DNA of 64,000 nucleotides from a virus (taxonomy: Duplodnaviria; Caudoviricetes): positions 47,589 to 111,588 of the IMG/VR virus record IMGVR_UViG_3300027973_000031. One strand, 5' to 3'. Shown here one piece after another: positions 10,701-20,550 of this stretch (positions within the stretch are counted from its first letter, which is position 1; each line of letters starts with the position of its first letter). The translations under genes and the position numbers were made by a program. The notes beneath the pieces are model-generated. The model ran no database searches. It saw only the letters and a program-made list of their open reading frames with translations, and was not told the DNA's origin.

Positions 10701-11927
10701 ATGTCCCTTAGGCAACAAGTTTTAAACGAAATTAAAAAAATATTAAATGAACAATCTTTTCAAATGCCGGATGATACAACTAATGTAGGTAACAGAATTC
10801 CGTCAGAACATAAAGCGTTTATTAAAAAACTATGGGATACAACACGCCCTTATGATACTAATAACACTCCTTTTTCAAAATTTTTAGCAAGCTTTGATTC
10901 TGCATTAAGGAATGGATCTGACACAGATAATATATACCAAAATTTTATTAAGGATAATCCTTCTACTAAAAATAATCCAAAATTGGTCGGTAATCAACCT
11001 GCAAATTTTTCTTATAGATCTTCGGGAGCCGCTGGAGCTGTTCAAGGTCGCGCATCTCAAGGGACAGGAACTGGTCAAAATAAAAGACCGCAAGCTGTAA
11101 GCGGACCAAAGAAATATTTTGTTTGCAAGATGCCAGCAGAAGTTGAGGCAACAAAAAATTTCCAAAAATCAAAAGGATTAACGCCGGATGGAAAAATTGG
11201 ATCAAGCACCTTTGCAGAACTAGTCCTAGATCCAACAATTAAATCTGGTGGAGTTGATTTTGCATCAAAAGGAATTAAGTTACCAGAATTAATTGGCAAC
11301 AAAGATCCCAAGATGAAAGAAACTTATCAAAGATCTGTTTGTGAGGCCTTAGCTAAAACAGGCGCAGCATGGATTAGCGGAGCAAAATTAGATACAAAGA
11401 GTGGTCAAAAAATAGATCCAACAAATAAATATGGATCAACAGTTGATAAGTTAAAATGCCCATCATTTATTAAGCCAACTGGTCCTTATACATTTGAAGA
11501 AATTCAACAATATGTTCCAAATTATTTACAATCATCACAGCAAGGAGATGATAGTCTAATTTTTGCTGTTGCAAATGCTGTATCTCAAGCAACAAAAAGA
11601 AGTACTTCTATAGGCTGTGAGGAAGTCGTACAGTTTATTCAAGGAGCTATTAAAACAAAAGGTAGATCAGTTCCTGGTTTATCTAGTGTCCAAACACAAG
11701 GACAAGAAGATAAATCCAACGAGATGGATAAATTGAACGCAGCGAGAGCGTATGCTTCAAAAGGAATCACTCCAGATAAGATTGGAGATCCAGAAGTTGT
11801 TCAAGTTGGTAAAAAATACGGAGTATTTAAAGAATCTAAAAACTGGATAACTAAAACAAGAGAAGGATCTTCATCTAGCTTGTTTGAGAGATTGGTTCAA
11901 GACGTTTCAAAAAAGAAAGTTCTATAA
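10701..11927 (+). CDS. Peptidoglycan-binding-domain protein, putative virion/internal protein
   Basis: PG_binding_1-like FQKSKGLTPDGKIGSSTF; N-terminal LNEIKKILNEQ leader. Confidence 0.6.
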   Translation: MSLRQQVLNEIKKILNEQSFQMPDDTTNVGNRIPSEHKAFIKKLWDTTRPYDTNNTPFSKFLASFDSALRNGSDTDNIYQNFIKDNPSTKNNPKLVGNQPANFSYRSSGAAGAVQGRASQGTGTGQNKRPQAVSGPKKYFVCKMPAEVEATKNFQKSKGLTPDGKIGSSTFAELVLDPTIKSGGVDFASKGIKLPELIGNKDPKMKETYQRSVCEALAKTGAAWISGAKLDTKSGQKIDPTNKYGSTVDKLKCPSFIKPTGPYTFEEIQQYVPNYLQSSQQGDDSLIFAVANAVSQATKRSTSIGCEEVVQFIQGAIKTKGRSVPGLSSVQTQGQEDKSNEMDKLNAARAYASKGITPDKIGDPEVVQVGKKYGVFKESKNWITKTREGSSSSLFERLVQDVSKKKVL

Positions 11928-11937
11928 TTAATTGTCC

Positions 11938-11985
11938 TTGACATGAAACCCAAGGTTGAGCTACACTGGTTCAACCTTGGGTTTT
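11938..11985 (+). promoter_or_regulatory. Sigma70 promoter overlapping a terminator hairpin
   Basis: TTGACA-N18-TACACT, with TACACT in the loop of GAAACCCAAGGTTGAGC/GTTCAACCTTGGGTTTT. Confidence 0.7.
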
Positions 11986-12001
11986 CTATTAGGAGATCAT
12001 T

Positions 12002-12286
12002 ATGAATCAAGAATTTGATAATACAAAAAAACAACTTGAACAACTTGGAAACATAAAAGTTGTTGAAATCAAAGATAATGAAGATGGTAGTGCGAATGTT
12101 GTATTTGATGTTGATCAGAGATTTATAAAAAATTATAACCAGCTATTTCATTTAGCAGAATGGGATCAAAGTCATTTTGAGGGAACCCTCATTAAAGCAA
12201 TGCAAGATCTTGTTGATAAACAAGAAAAAAAGAAACAACAAGACCCTGATTTTCTGTGGTCACAACCAAAGGATAACAATGAGTAA
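12002..12286 (+). CDS. Hypothetical protein
   Basis: AGGAG RBS; 94 aa. Confidence 0.6.
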   Translation: MNQEFDNTKKQLEQLGNIKVVEIKDNEDGSANVVFDVDQRFIKNYNQLFHLAEWDQSHFEGTLIKAMQDLVDKQEKKKQQDPDFLWSQPKDNNE

Positions 12287-13250
12287 TGTATTAATAATTG
12301 ACGGGTTAAACCTGTTCTTTCGTGCGTATATGATGGACCCTTCACTCGGACCCAATGGACAACCGACTGGAGGCATCAAGGGTACATTTAAAATAATGCA
12401 GAAACTTATTAGGGAGAATAATCCTGATAAGATCTATTTCTGCTGGGATGGTCCTAAATCTGCAATCCGTAGACGAGCAGTAAACAGCAACTATAAAGAA
12501 GGTCGCAAGCCAGTTAGGCTTAATCGAAACTTTGGCAACCTAACAGAAGATGAAGAGAAGAAGAATAAGTATTGGCAGTATGGTAGAGTGGTTGAATATC
12601 TAAACGAGATGCCTGTTGCACAAATCTATCTCGATTTTGTCGAAGCAGATGACGCTATTTCTGTTCTGTGCAGAGAACTGCCAACAGATAAAAAGACAAT
12701 TATCTCTAACGACAAGGACTTTTTGCAGCTTCTTGATCCAACAACGCTGCTATATCGTCCTTGTAAAGAAGAATATTATGACGTGGAGAAAGTAGTAAAT
12801 GAGTTTGATATTCACCCCACAAACTTTGCCCTTGCAAGAGCCGTCGTTGGTGATTCTTCTGACAACCTACCTGGTGCTAAGGGTGTTGGACTAAAAACAA
12901 TGGCAAAGAAGTTCCCTCAGCTTAAAGAAGAAAAATCTGTGATGTTGACAGAAATCTTCGATGCGTGCAAGAATGAGTCCAAGCCATTAAAGATTCACGA
13001 ATCAATTTTGGAATCAGAGAAACTTATTAAAGACAATTATGATATGATGCAGCTTTATGCTCCCTCACTTTCTATTGATGTGAGAGAGAAAATTCGCGGC
13101 ATCATTGATGAGTATCCTGTTGGGTTCAACAAAACAAACATTCGTATGATGATGATGCAGGATGGAACTGGTAATTTCTCTTGGACAGAATTATTCGCAG
13201 ATCTAAATATGATTTCAATAACATCGAAGGTAAAGAATGAGCAACAATAA
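12279..13250 (+). CDS. 5'-3' exonuclease / RNase H (PolI N-terminal/FEN family)
   Basis: LIIDGLN, FCWDG, YKEGR, EADD, SNDKDFLQL and GDSSDNLPGAKGVG. Confidence 0.92.
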   Translation: MSNVLIIDGLNLFFRAYMMDPSLGPNGQPTGGIKGTFKIMQKLIRENNPDKIYFCWDGPKSAIRRRAVNSNYKEGRKPVRLNRNFGNLTEDEEKKNKYWQYGRVVEYLNEMPVAQIYLDFVEADDAISVLCRELPTDKKTIISNDKDFLQLLDPTTLLYRPCKEEYYDVEKVVNEFDIHPTNFALARAVVGDSSDNLPGAKGVGLKTMAKKFPQLKEEKSVMLTEIFDACKNESKPLKIHESILESEKLIKDNYDMMQLYAPSLSIDVREKIRGIIDEYPVGFNKTNIRMMMMQDGTGNFSWTELFADLNMISITSKVKNEQQ

Positions 13251-14601
13251 TCAATTAGACTTCTCAAAGTTTGGTAAATCTTTCCAAGAGAAACTCGCAC
13301 AATTGATGTTTTCAGATCGGCAGTTTGCTGATCAATTAAGAGAAGTTCTTGATTTAAACTTCTTTGAGTTAAAATATTTGCAAAGCTTCTGCAAGAAGCT
13401 ATTTGATTACAGAGATAAGTATGACATGTATCCGTCAGCCAACATCATGTCCACAATCTTGCGGACAGAGTTGGAAGACGACAACGATGCATTAAACAAG
13501 CAAGTAAGAGATTACTTTGCGAGAATCACAGCATCACCAGAAATTGACGACGAAGATTATATCAAGGATACTTCTCTTGATTTCTGTCGTCGTCAAAAAA
13601 TCAAAGAAGCCCTTGTCAAGAGTGCTGGACTTATGAACAAGTCGAATACTCTTGATGAGATTGGCGTTATTGTAACTTCTGCGCTTAAACTCGGAACTGA
13701 TAATAATTATGGTTATGACTATAAGCTCGATTTCGAAAAAAGATTTATGCTTAAAGAACGCAACCCTGTCTCTACTGGCTGGAATCGTGTTGATGGTATT
13801 ACACAAGGTGGACTCGGAAGAGGAGAGCTTGGTGTTGTTATTGCTCCAACTGGTGCTGGCAAGTCTATGGCCTTGGTTCATCTTGGAGCTATGGCAGTTA
13901 AGGCTGGCTTGCAAGTCGTTCATTATACTCTTGAACTCTCCGATACAGTTGTCGCAAGTCGTTATGACTCGTGTTTAACTGGTGTTCCTCTAACTGGTCT
14001 TATGGATCAGAAAGAGTATATTCTTGATGAAGTTAAGAATGTCAAGGGTAAGCTAATCATCAAAGAATACCCAACAAAATCAGCAAGTACTTCTGTAATC
14101 AAGAATCACTTAAAGAGAGTTGTATCATCTGGTCAAAAGGTAGATATGATTATTGTTGACTATGGCGACTTGCTTAATCCAACTGTACGTTACAAAGAAA
14201 AGAGAACAGAGCTGGAAACTATCTACGAAGAGCTGCGTGCAATTGCAATGGAATTTATTTGTCCTGTGTGGACTGCTTCTCAGACTAATCGCTCTGGCTT
14301 AAATGCTGAAGTTGTTACGATGGAATCAATCTCAGAAGCATTCAATAAGTGTTTCGTAGCTGACTTTATTTTCTCAGTTTCAAGAACTGTAGATGATAAG
14401 AAAACCAATTCAGGTCGTATCTTTATTGCTAAGAATCGTAATGGCCCAGACGGAATTGTAATGCCACTTTACATGGATACATCTGTCGTAAAGATGGAAG
14501 TTCTAGAAGATATAAAGGAAGAGGAAGTGACAGAAACAAAAAGTAAGAAGCCAAGAAATAAGAAGCAAGAAATTTTTGAGAAGTTTAGGACTCCAAAGTA
14601 A
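13237..14601 (+). CDS. DnaB-like replicative helicase (gp41-like)
   Basis: APTGAGKS, TLELS, IVDYGD, TASQTNR and KNRNG. Confidence 0.92.
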   Translation: MSNNNQLDFSKFGKSFQEKLAQLMFSDRQFADQLREVLDLNFFELKYLQSFCKKLFDYRDKYDMYPSANIMSTILRTELEDDNDALNKQVRDYFARITASPEIDDEDYIKDTSLDFCRRQKIKEALVKSAGLMNKSNTLDEIGVIVTSALKLGTDNNYGYDYKLDFEKRFMLKERNPVSTGWNRVDGITQGGLGRGELGVVIAPTGAGKSMALVHLGAMAVKAGLQVVHYTLELSDTVVASRYDSCLTGVPLTGLMDQKEYILDEVKNVKGKLIIKEYPTKSASTSVIKNHLKRVVSSGQKVDMIIVDYGDLLNPTVRYKEKRTELETIYEELRAIAMEFICPVWTASQTNRSGLNAEVVTMESISEAFNKCFVADFIFSVSRTVDDKKTNSGRIFIAKNRNGPDGIVMPLYMDTSVVKMEVLEDIKEEEVTETKSKKPRNKKQEIFEKFRTPK

Positions 14602-14637
14602 TTAATGACTATTTATTAGTACATTGAGGAGATTCAA

Positions 14638-15402
14638 ATGGGCACAGAGTTTTTAAGAAAAATTATTTTAGAAGAATTACAAAAAGTATTAAAAGAGCAA
14701 GCCGCAGTTGCCGATACTAGAGGTAATGTACAAAGTCTTGGTGGACCGCTAAATATTGGCGGTAGAGCAAAGCCAGCAACAGATACAGTAGCTGACATAG
14801 CGGCTGGAAAAAATCTTGGCGGTCTTGCAAACATAATAAATCAAGCTTCTGAGACACCGGAACAAAGAAAAGCTGCCGTATTAAAATTACAATCTAAATT
14901 AGCTCAAGTTGGTTTTTTAGATAAAAAAGATGTAATTGGAATATTTGGTCCAAAAACTACGGCTGCTATTAATGCTTATTTAGGAGCATCTGGATCTGGC
15001 GCATTGAATCTTAATGATATTAAGAAAATGCCACTAACAGATATCAATACAATGGTTGCGGCATTAAATGCTGGTAATAAGCAAGATATGCAAAAACTTG
15101 TAGCCAAGTATCGTGCAGGCATGGCAGCAGATCCCGCAGCAAAAGCACTTGCTGCTGCAAACGCTAGAGATCAGGCTCGTCAATCAGCACAACCTGCAGA
15201 GCCAACAGCAAAACCAAGCAGCACAGGAGTTACAGCTCCGGTACAAAAGCCAACGGTAGGAACAAAAAGTTTTGGTGTAAGAAAAGCTGAGGATGTAAAG
15301 GATTTAGGCAAGAAAAAAGAAGAAGAAGCCCCTAACCCTAAACTTGGTGGACTAGAAGAATCAATAGCAAGAGAAGTTAAAAAGTTATTGAGAAATATCT
15401 AG
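14638..15402 (+). CDS. Peptidoglycan-binding-domain protein, putative virion protein
   Basis: VLKLQSKLAQVGF...GIFGPKTTAAINAY; ACTATTTA at 14608; leader LRKIILEELQKVLKEQ. Confidence 0.6.
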   Translation: MGTEFLRKIILEELQKVLKEQAAVADTRGNVQSLGGPLNIGGRAKPATDTVADIAAGKNLGGLANIINQASETPEQRKAAVLKLQSKLAQVGFLDKKDVIGIFGPKTTAAINAYLGASGSGALNLNDIKKMPLTDINTMVAALNAGNKQDMQKLVAKYRAGMAADPAAKALAAANARDQARQSAQPAEPTAKPSSTGVTAPVQKPTVGTKSFGVRKAEDVKDLGKKKEEEAPNPKLGGLEESIAREVKKLLRNI

Positions 15403-15406
15403 ACAC

Positions 15407-15435
15407 TTTACAAACAACTGACAACCTGTTATACT
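15407..15435 (+). promoter_or_regulatory. Sigma70-type promoter
   Basis: TTTACA-N17-TATACT upstream of the RNR gene. Confidence 0.6.
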
Positions 15436-15463
15436 TACCCGACACTACACAATAGAGGTCTTA

Positions 15464-17320
15464 ATGGATGTTTCACAAAAAATTCTAAGCGATATTACTC
15501 ATCACATGAAATATGCTCGCTTTATGAAAGATGAGTTTAGAAGAGAACAATACGAAGATACAGTTAAAAGAAATATGGAGATGCATATTAAAAAGCATCC
15601 GCAATTAGAACAAGAAATTAGAGCAGCATATCAGTTTGTATTTGATCGCAAAGTTCTCCCCTCAATGAGATCAATGCAATTTGGTGGTAGAGCAATTGAT
15701 GTTAATCCAACAAGAATCTTTAACTGCTCATTCGTAGCAGTTGATGACGTAAGAGCATTTAATGAAATCATGTTCCTCCTTCTTGGCGGAACAGGCGTTG
15801 GCTATTCAGTTCAAAAGCATCACGTTGAGAAACTACCAGAGCTTCGCAAGCCAAACTCCAAGAGAACTCGTCGTTTCTTAGTAGGCGATAGCATTGAAGG
15901 ATGGGCAGATTCAATCAAAGCATTAATGAGGTCTTACTTTGAAGGTGGATCGAAAGTAATCTTTGACTTCAGCGATATTCGTCCAAAGGGTGCTCGCCTT
16001 GTAACTGCCGGTGGTAAAGCTCCTGGTCCGCAACCTCTTAAAGAATGTTTAATTAAAGTAGAAGGTATTCTGGAGGCTAAAGAAGATGGAGATAAACTAC
16101 AGCCGATTGAAGTTCACGACATTATCTGCCATATCGCAGATGCCGTATTGGCAGGTGGAATTAGACGTTCTGCTCTTATCGCTCTGTTTAGCGCAGATGA
16201 CGATGAAATGATTTCAGCCAAGTCAGGTGCTTGGTGGGAATCACAACCTCAACGCGGTAGAGCGAATAACTCTGCTGTGATTTTACGCCATAGAGTTACG
16301 AAAGAATACTTCTTAGATCTATGGGAGAGGATTAAGTCCTCTGGTGCAGGTGAACCAGGAATTTTCTTTACTAATGATAAGGAATGGGGAACTAATCCAT
16401 GCGCAGAAATTGCTTTGCGCAGTAATCAGTTCTGTAATTTATGTGAGGTCAACGTAAGCGACCTAGAGGATCAAGAGGATTATGAGGCAAGAGTTAAGGC
16501 AGCAGCGTTTGTAGGTACTCTACAAGCATCTTACACTGACTTCCATTATCTTCGTGATGTATGGCGTCGTACAACAGAGAAAGAAGCTCTATTAGGCATC
16601 GGAATGACAGGTATTGCTTCTAACAAAGTTCAGAAGCTAGACATGGAAAAAGCAGCAAAGGTTGCCGTTGAAGAGAATAAGAGAGTTGCCAATCTAATTG
16701 GAGTTAATCCGGCTGCAAGAGTTACAACAGTTAAGCCATCAGGCACAACAAGCTTAATCCTTGGAACCTCTAGTGGTGTTCATGCTTGGCATAACGATTA
16801 TTACATTCGTAGAATTCGTGTTGGTAAGAATGAAGCAATCTACAAATATCTTGTCCAAAATCATCCTGAACTTGTTGAAGATGAATACTTCCGTCCACAT
16901 GACACAGCAGTAATCTCTGTGCCACAGAAGGCTCCAGAAGGTGCCACCATGCGAACGGAAACAGCCCTAGAAATGCTTGAAAGAGTTAAGGACATTCATG
17001 GTCGCTGGGTAAAACCAGGACACATTAAAGGTCAAAATACTCACAATGTTTCTGCAACGGTTTCAGTTCGTCAAGAAGAGTGGCAAGAAGTTGGTGAATG
17101 GATGTGGGAGAATAGAGATTCTTATACAGGTCTAAGTGTTCTTCCTTACGATGGTGGTAGTTATAAGCAAGCTCCATTTGAAGATTGTGATAAAGAAACC
17201 TTTGATAGATTATTTGAATCACTCAAAAACGTTGATTTATCTCAGATTTTTGAGACAGATGATGAAACCAACCTGCAAGCAGAATTAGCTTGTGCTGGTG
17301 GCGCTTGCGAAATTAAATAA
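15464..17320 (+). CDS. nrdJ: Class II (B12-dependent) ribonucleotide reductase
   Basis: FNCS, TNPCAEI, CNLCEVN, VKPSGTTS and C-terminal ACAGGAC; no NrdB nearby. Confidence 0.9.
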   Translation: MDVSQKILSDITHHMKYARFMKDEFRREQYEDTVKRNMEMHIKKHPQLEQEIRAAYQFVFDRKVLPSMRSMQFGGRAIDVNPTRIFNCSFVAVDDVRAFNEIMFLLLGGTGVGYSVQKHHVEKLPELRKPNSKRTRRFLVGDSIEGWADSIKALMRSYFEGGSKVIFDFSDIRPKGARLVTAGGKAPGPQPLKECLIKVEGILEAKEDGDKLQPIEVHDIICHIADAVLAGGIRRSALIALFSADDDEMISAKSGAWWESQPQRGRANNSAVILRHRVTKEYFLDLWERIKSSGAGEPGIFFTNDKEWGTNPCAEIALRSNQFCNLCEVNVSDLEDQEDYEARVKAAAFVGTLQASYTDFHYLRDVWRRTTEKEALLGIGMTGIASNKVQKLDMEKAAKVAVEENKRVANLIGVNPAARVTTVKPSGTTSLILGTSSGVHAWHNDYYIRRIRVGKNEAIYKYLVQNHPELVEDEYFRPHDTAVISVPQKAPEGATMRTETALEMLERVKDIHGRWVKPGHIKGQNTHNVSATVSVRQEEWQEVGEWMWENRDSYTGLSVLPYDGGSYKQAPFEDCDKETFDRLFESLKNVDLSQIFETDDETNLQAELACAGGACEIK

Positions 17321-17351
17321 CTATTTATTGTGTAAAGGAAGGAGTCTATAA

Positions 17352-17582
17352 ATGAGTATTAGCGATATTGTAGCCGTAGCGGCATTCCTAATAACCCTCG
17401 TCGGAACAAGTTGGAAGCTACATTCAGATATTTCATCTATCAAGGTTAATCTGCAGACAGAAATTTCATCTATAAAGGTTATCCTTGAAAGGCTCCTTAC
17501 TAAGTTTGAAGAAGTTGATAAACTAGAAAAAAGAATTGATAGATTAGAAAAAAAAGTATTTCATCTTAACGACAGTCAATAA
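17352..17582 (+). CDS. Small membrane/coiled-coil protein (possible lysis protein)
   Basis: One N-terminal TM helix plus coiled coil; ACTATTTA at 17320. Confidence 0.5.
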   Translation: MSISDIVAVAAFLITLVGTSWKLHSDISSIKVNLQTEISSIKVILERLLTKFEEVDKLEKRIDRLEKKVFHLNDSQ

Positions 17583-17588
17583 ACCAGG

Positions 17589-17640
17589 TTGACAAGTTAA
17601 ACCTACCGGGCTACAATGTCTCAACGTTGTAGCCCTTCTT
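17589..17640 (+). promoter_or_regulatory. Sigma70 promoter overlapping a terminator-like hairpin
   Basis: TTGACA-N17-TACAAT; stem GGGCTACAATG/CGTTGTAGCCC followed by TTCTT. Confidence 0.7.
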
Positions 17641-17663
17641 ATTTACGGGGCAGAGAGGAAAAA

Positions 17664-17906
17664 ATGAGCGAGAAATCAAAAGAAGAACGGATTGTTGATT
17701 ATGTTATGTCTGTCGCTGCACTTGATGATGCAATGAAGCCGTACAAAGAGCAGAAAGCAGAATTGCGTAAATCTTACTTGGAGAATAAGTGGCTTACCAA
17801 GGAAGAGATTAAGACTGCACTTAAAGCCTATCGTCTTCGTAAAGATAAGACAGATATTGATTCACTAAATGAAATGTTTGACATGATGCCGTCAGAGGAG
17901 GACTAA
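17664..17906 (+). CDS. Small dsDNA-binding-like protein (T4 DsbA/GapR-like)
   Basis: Helical 80-aa protein after a GAGGA RBS; the family resemblance is weak. Confidence 0.4.
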   Translation: MSEKSKEERIVDYVMSVAALDDAMKPYKEQKAELRKSYLENKWLTKEEIKTALKAYRLRKDKTDIDSLNEMFDMMPSEED

Positions 17907-18166
17907 TGGAGTTTACACCAGCAGAAGGATACATTTATATTAAAACATTGCAAGAAGAAGAAGTTAATGGCAACTTTGCTTGGGCAAAAACAAGTGGAGA
18001 TTTAACCGCTGTAAAAGTTCTTGCAAGTGATCCGAAGACAAAGACATATGTAAGTGGCGATACTGTAATCGTCATTTCTACAATGATTCAAGAGTTTGAA
18101 TACAAGAAGAACAAGTTTAAAATCTGTCCATCAACGGCAGTAATCGGCCAAATTCACGAGGAATAA
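17906..18166 (+). CDS. GroES-like co-chaperonin
   Basis: 86 aa, F.P..GYIYIK...VKVLA...VSGDTVI pattern; GroEL elsewhere in the window. Confidence 0.55.
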   Translation: MEFTPAEGYIYIKTLQEEEVNGNFAWAKTSGDLTAVKVLASDPKTKTYVSGDTVIVISTMIQEFEYKKNKFKICPSTAVIGQIHEE

Positions 18167-19131
18167 TGAAAAAAAAAGTAGTTAATTTTGATGACCTTTA
18201 TTTAGTCCCTGGTTATAGTGAAATCAATACAAGACATTCTATTGACTTAACTCCAAGAGTCTTGGAAAAAGCTGCTATTAAAACCCCTATTATAGCATCT
18301 TGTATGGATACTGTTGTTTCTGCAGAGGTTGCTGATATTATGAGACAATCTGGCAGCTCTGCAGTTCTTCACAGATACATGTCAATAAATGATCAAGTAA
18401 GAGAGTATCTAAAAGTACAAGATAAAACTGGAATCTTTTGTGCAGTTGGTGCAGCAGGGGATTACTATGATAGATTTGAAGCGTTATACGAAGCTGGATG
18501 TAGGTTGTTTTGTATTGATGTTGCACACGGATTTCATCTAAATGTAGCTGAAACAATAAAACTACTAAAACGCAAAGACAAAAATTTACTGATTATGGCT
18601 GGTAATGTTGCCGACCTAAATGGTTTTAATTTTTTGGCAGATGCTGGTGCAGATTTGATTCGTGTTGGTGTTTCTGGTGGAACCGTGTGTGAAACAAGAA
18701 ATAAAACAGGGTTTGGTCTGCCAACATTAGAATCTGTAATTCGTTGTGCTAAAACTGATAGAGATGCAATTTTGGTTGCTGACGGAGGGTTCAGAGATAG
18801 TGGAGATATTGTTAAGGCTCTAGCCTGTGGAGCTGACATGGTTATGTTAGGCTCTATGCTTTCAGGTCACAAAGAATCACCAGGTGAAATCATTAATCAC
18901 AATAATGCGCATTATAAAAAGTTTAGAGGAATGGCATCAGCTAGTGCTCAAAAAGATTGGAGAGGATGGGTTTCTGTTTCAGAGGGAAAAGAGATCCTTG
19001 TTCCTCTGAAAGAACAATCACTTTCAGAAACAGTAGACGTAATTCTTCGCGGTATTAAGAGTGGACTTTCTTATGCTGGTTGTGATAAATTACCAAAGTT
19101 CGCTTTAGTGGCAAAGAAAGAATTTATTTAA
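18166..19131 (+). CDS. IMPDH/GMP reductase family enzyme (probably GMP reductase)
   Basis: FDD..LVP, MDTV, IDVAHG, AGNV, catalytic loop GVSGGTVCETR, ADGG and FRGMAS. No CBS domains and no RY flap motif. Confidence 0.88.
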   Translation: MKKKVVNFDDLYLVPGYSEINTRHSIDLTPRVLEKAAIKTPIIASCMDTVVSAEVADIMRQSGSSAVLHRYMSINDQVREYLKVQDKTGIFCAVGAAGDYYDRFEALYEAGCRLFCIDVAHGFHLNVAETIKLLKRKDKNLLIMAGNVADLNGFNFLADAGADLIRVGVSGGTVCETRNKTGFGLPTLESVIRCAKTDRDAILVADGGFRDSGDIVKALACGADMVMLGSMLSGHKESPGEIINHNNAHYKKFRGMASASAQKDWRGWVSVSEGKEILVPLKEQSLSETVDVILRGIKSGLSYAGCDKLPKFALVAKKEFI

Positions 19132-19140
19132 AGGAGAAGC

Positions 19141-20145
19141 ATGAAGTTAGATGTTGTTTTGGGTTTATCTTATGGAGATGAAGGTAAAGGAAAAATTTGT
19201 CATAGTTTATTAAAAAACGGATTATATACTCACGTTATTAGATTTAATGGTGGAGGAAATGCGGGTCATACGATTTACCATGAAGGTAAAAAGATGGCTA
19301 CACATCTTATCCCTTCTGGCGTTTTCTTTGGAGTTAAGTCAATTGTAGGACCAGGTTGTGTTGTAGATATAAATAACTTCTTTAAAGAACTTTCCTATCT
19401 AAAAGAAAACGGAATTGATACGGAAGGTCTTGTTTATGTTGCAAAAAATGCTCACATAGTTCAGTCGTCTCACATAGAAGAAGACGGTAAAGACACGGAT
19501 ATTGGTACAACAAAAACAGGTAACGGTCCTTGTTATAAAGATAAATATTCAAGAATTGGTATTCGCGCAGAAAGTGTAGAAGCTTTAAAACCGTATCTGA
19601 TTGATATGTACGAGGAGTTCTATAGTCAAAATAATAGTTCTTTTGCTGTATTAGCAGAGGGAGCACAAGCTTTTGGCCTTGATATTGATTGGGGAGACTA
19701 TCCTTATGTAACATCAAGCCATTGTAGTGTTGGTTCTGTTCTTCTCAATGGATTTAACTATAAACAATTACGAAATGTTTACGGTGTCATTAAGGCTTAT
19801 GATACTTATGATGGTAAAAAAGACTTTCAGCCAAAAGGTGAAATCTTCGAAAGAATAGTAGAAGAAGGACAAGAATATGGTGTAACTATCTACAGAAAAA
19901 GAAAGGTCAATTGGCTTGATTGGAGCCTTGTGTTAAGATCGGCAAGAATGAACGGAGTTACTTCTATTATTATGAATAAGGTAGATATCTTAACAAAATT
20001 AGGTGCTTGGGCGGTTAGATATAATGATCAGCTAATAAACTTTGAATCAGAGCTTAAATTTACAAACTGGATTAAAACAGAATTAAACAAAGAAAATATC
20101 AAAGTTGTCTTTACTTATACGCCTTATGATTTTGAAATGGAGTAA
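19141..20145 (+). CDS. purA: Adenylosuccinate synthetase-like protein with altered aspartate pocket
   Basis: GDEGKGK, GGGNAGHT, IGTT, EGAQ, YPYVTSS and NKVD are present. TYDG and GVTIYRKR replace the canonical TRVG and GATTGR.R. Confidence 0.85.
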   Translation: MKLDVVLGLSYGDEGKGKICHSLLKNGLYTHVIRFNGGGNAGHTIYHEGKKMATHLIPSGVFFGVKSIVGPGCVVDINNFFKELSYLKENGIDTEGLVYVAKNAHIVQSSHIEEDGKDTDIGTTKTGNGPCYKDKYSRIGIRAESVEALKPYLIDMYEEFYSQNNSSFAVLAEGAQAFGLDIDWGDYPYVTSSHCSVGSVLLNGFNYKQLRNVYGVIKAYDTYDGKKDFQPKGEIFERIVEEGQEYGVTIYRKRKVNWLDWSLVLRSARMNGVTSIIMNKVDILTKLGAWAVRYNDQLINFESELKFTNWIKTELNKENIKVVFTYTPYDFEME

Positions 20146-20148
20146 AAA

Positions 20149-20550
20149 ATGGAACTAAATTCATACTATAAAATTTATAACGATATTAAACTAGAAGACT
20201 TCATTGTTGAAGCATTGAAATTTGGCAAACCAATCTTTACATCTATTGTTGGAGTCTTTGATACAAAAGGGCTTGGACACAGAAGAGACATTGAGCTACC
20301 ATTCCACAGAGACGGTGACTACTCACCAGAAATTACAGCACAACATAGTATTGATTATGTTGCTATGCATTGTATTAGAGACGGTGAGGTAACAACTATG
20401 TTTGAATTTGACGACGGAAGCACTGCTGAGTTTATCTTAAAAAAAGATCAGGCAATTATCTTTGATAATCAAAGATGTAAGCACGCAAGAAAAGGCAAAG
20501 TTGGAGATCGTCTATTACTTAGAATTTGGATTGAAAAGGAGTCGAAGTGA
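20149..20550 (+). CDS. Minimal TauD/TfdA-like Fe(II)/2-oxoglutarate dioxygenase
   Basis: LPFHRDG (HxD), AMHCIR and IIFDN...HARKG. Confidence 0.65.
   Translation: MELNSYYKIYNDIKLEDFIVEALKFGKPIFTSIVGVFDTKGLGHRRDIELPFHRDGDYSPEITAQHSIDYVAMHCIRDGEVTTMFEFDDGSTAEFILKKDQAIIFDNQRCKHARKGKVGDRLLLRIWIEKESK

Noticed and set aside
19141-20145. PurZ (2-aminoadenine DNA pathway) with PolA as DpoZ
   Set aside because: The catalytic motif is GDEGKG (Asp, PurA-type), not the Ser-containing PurZ motif; no DatZ/MazZ-like genes are seen in the window.
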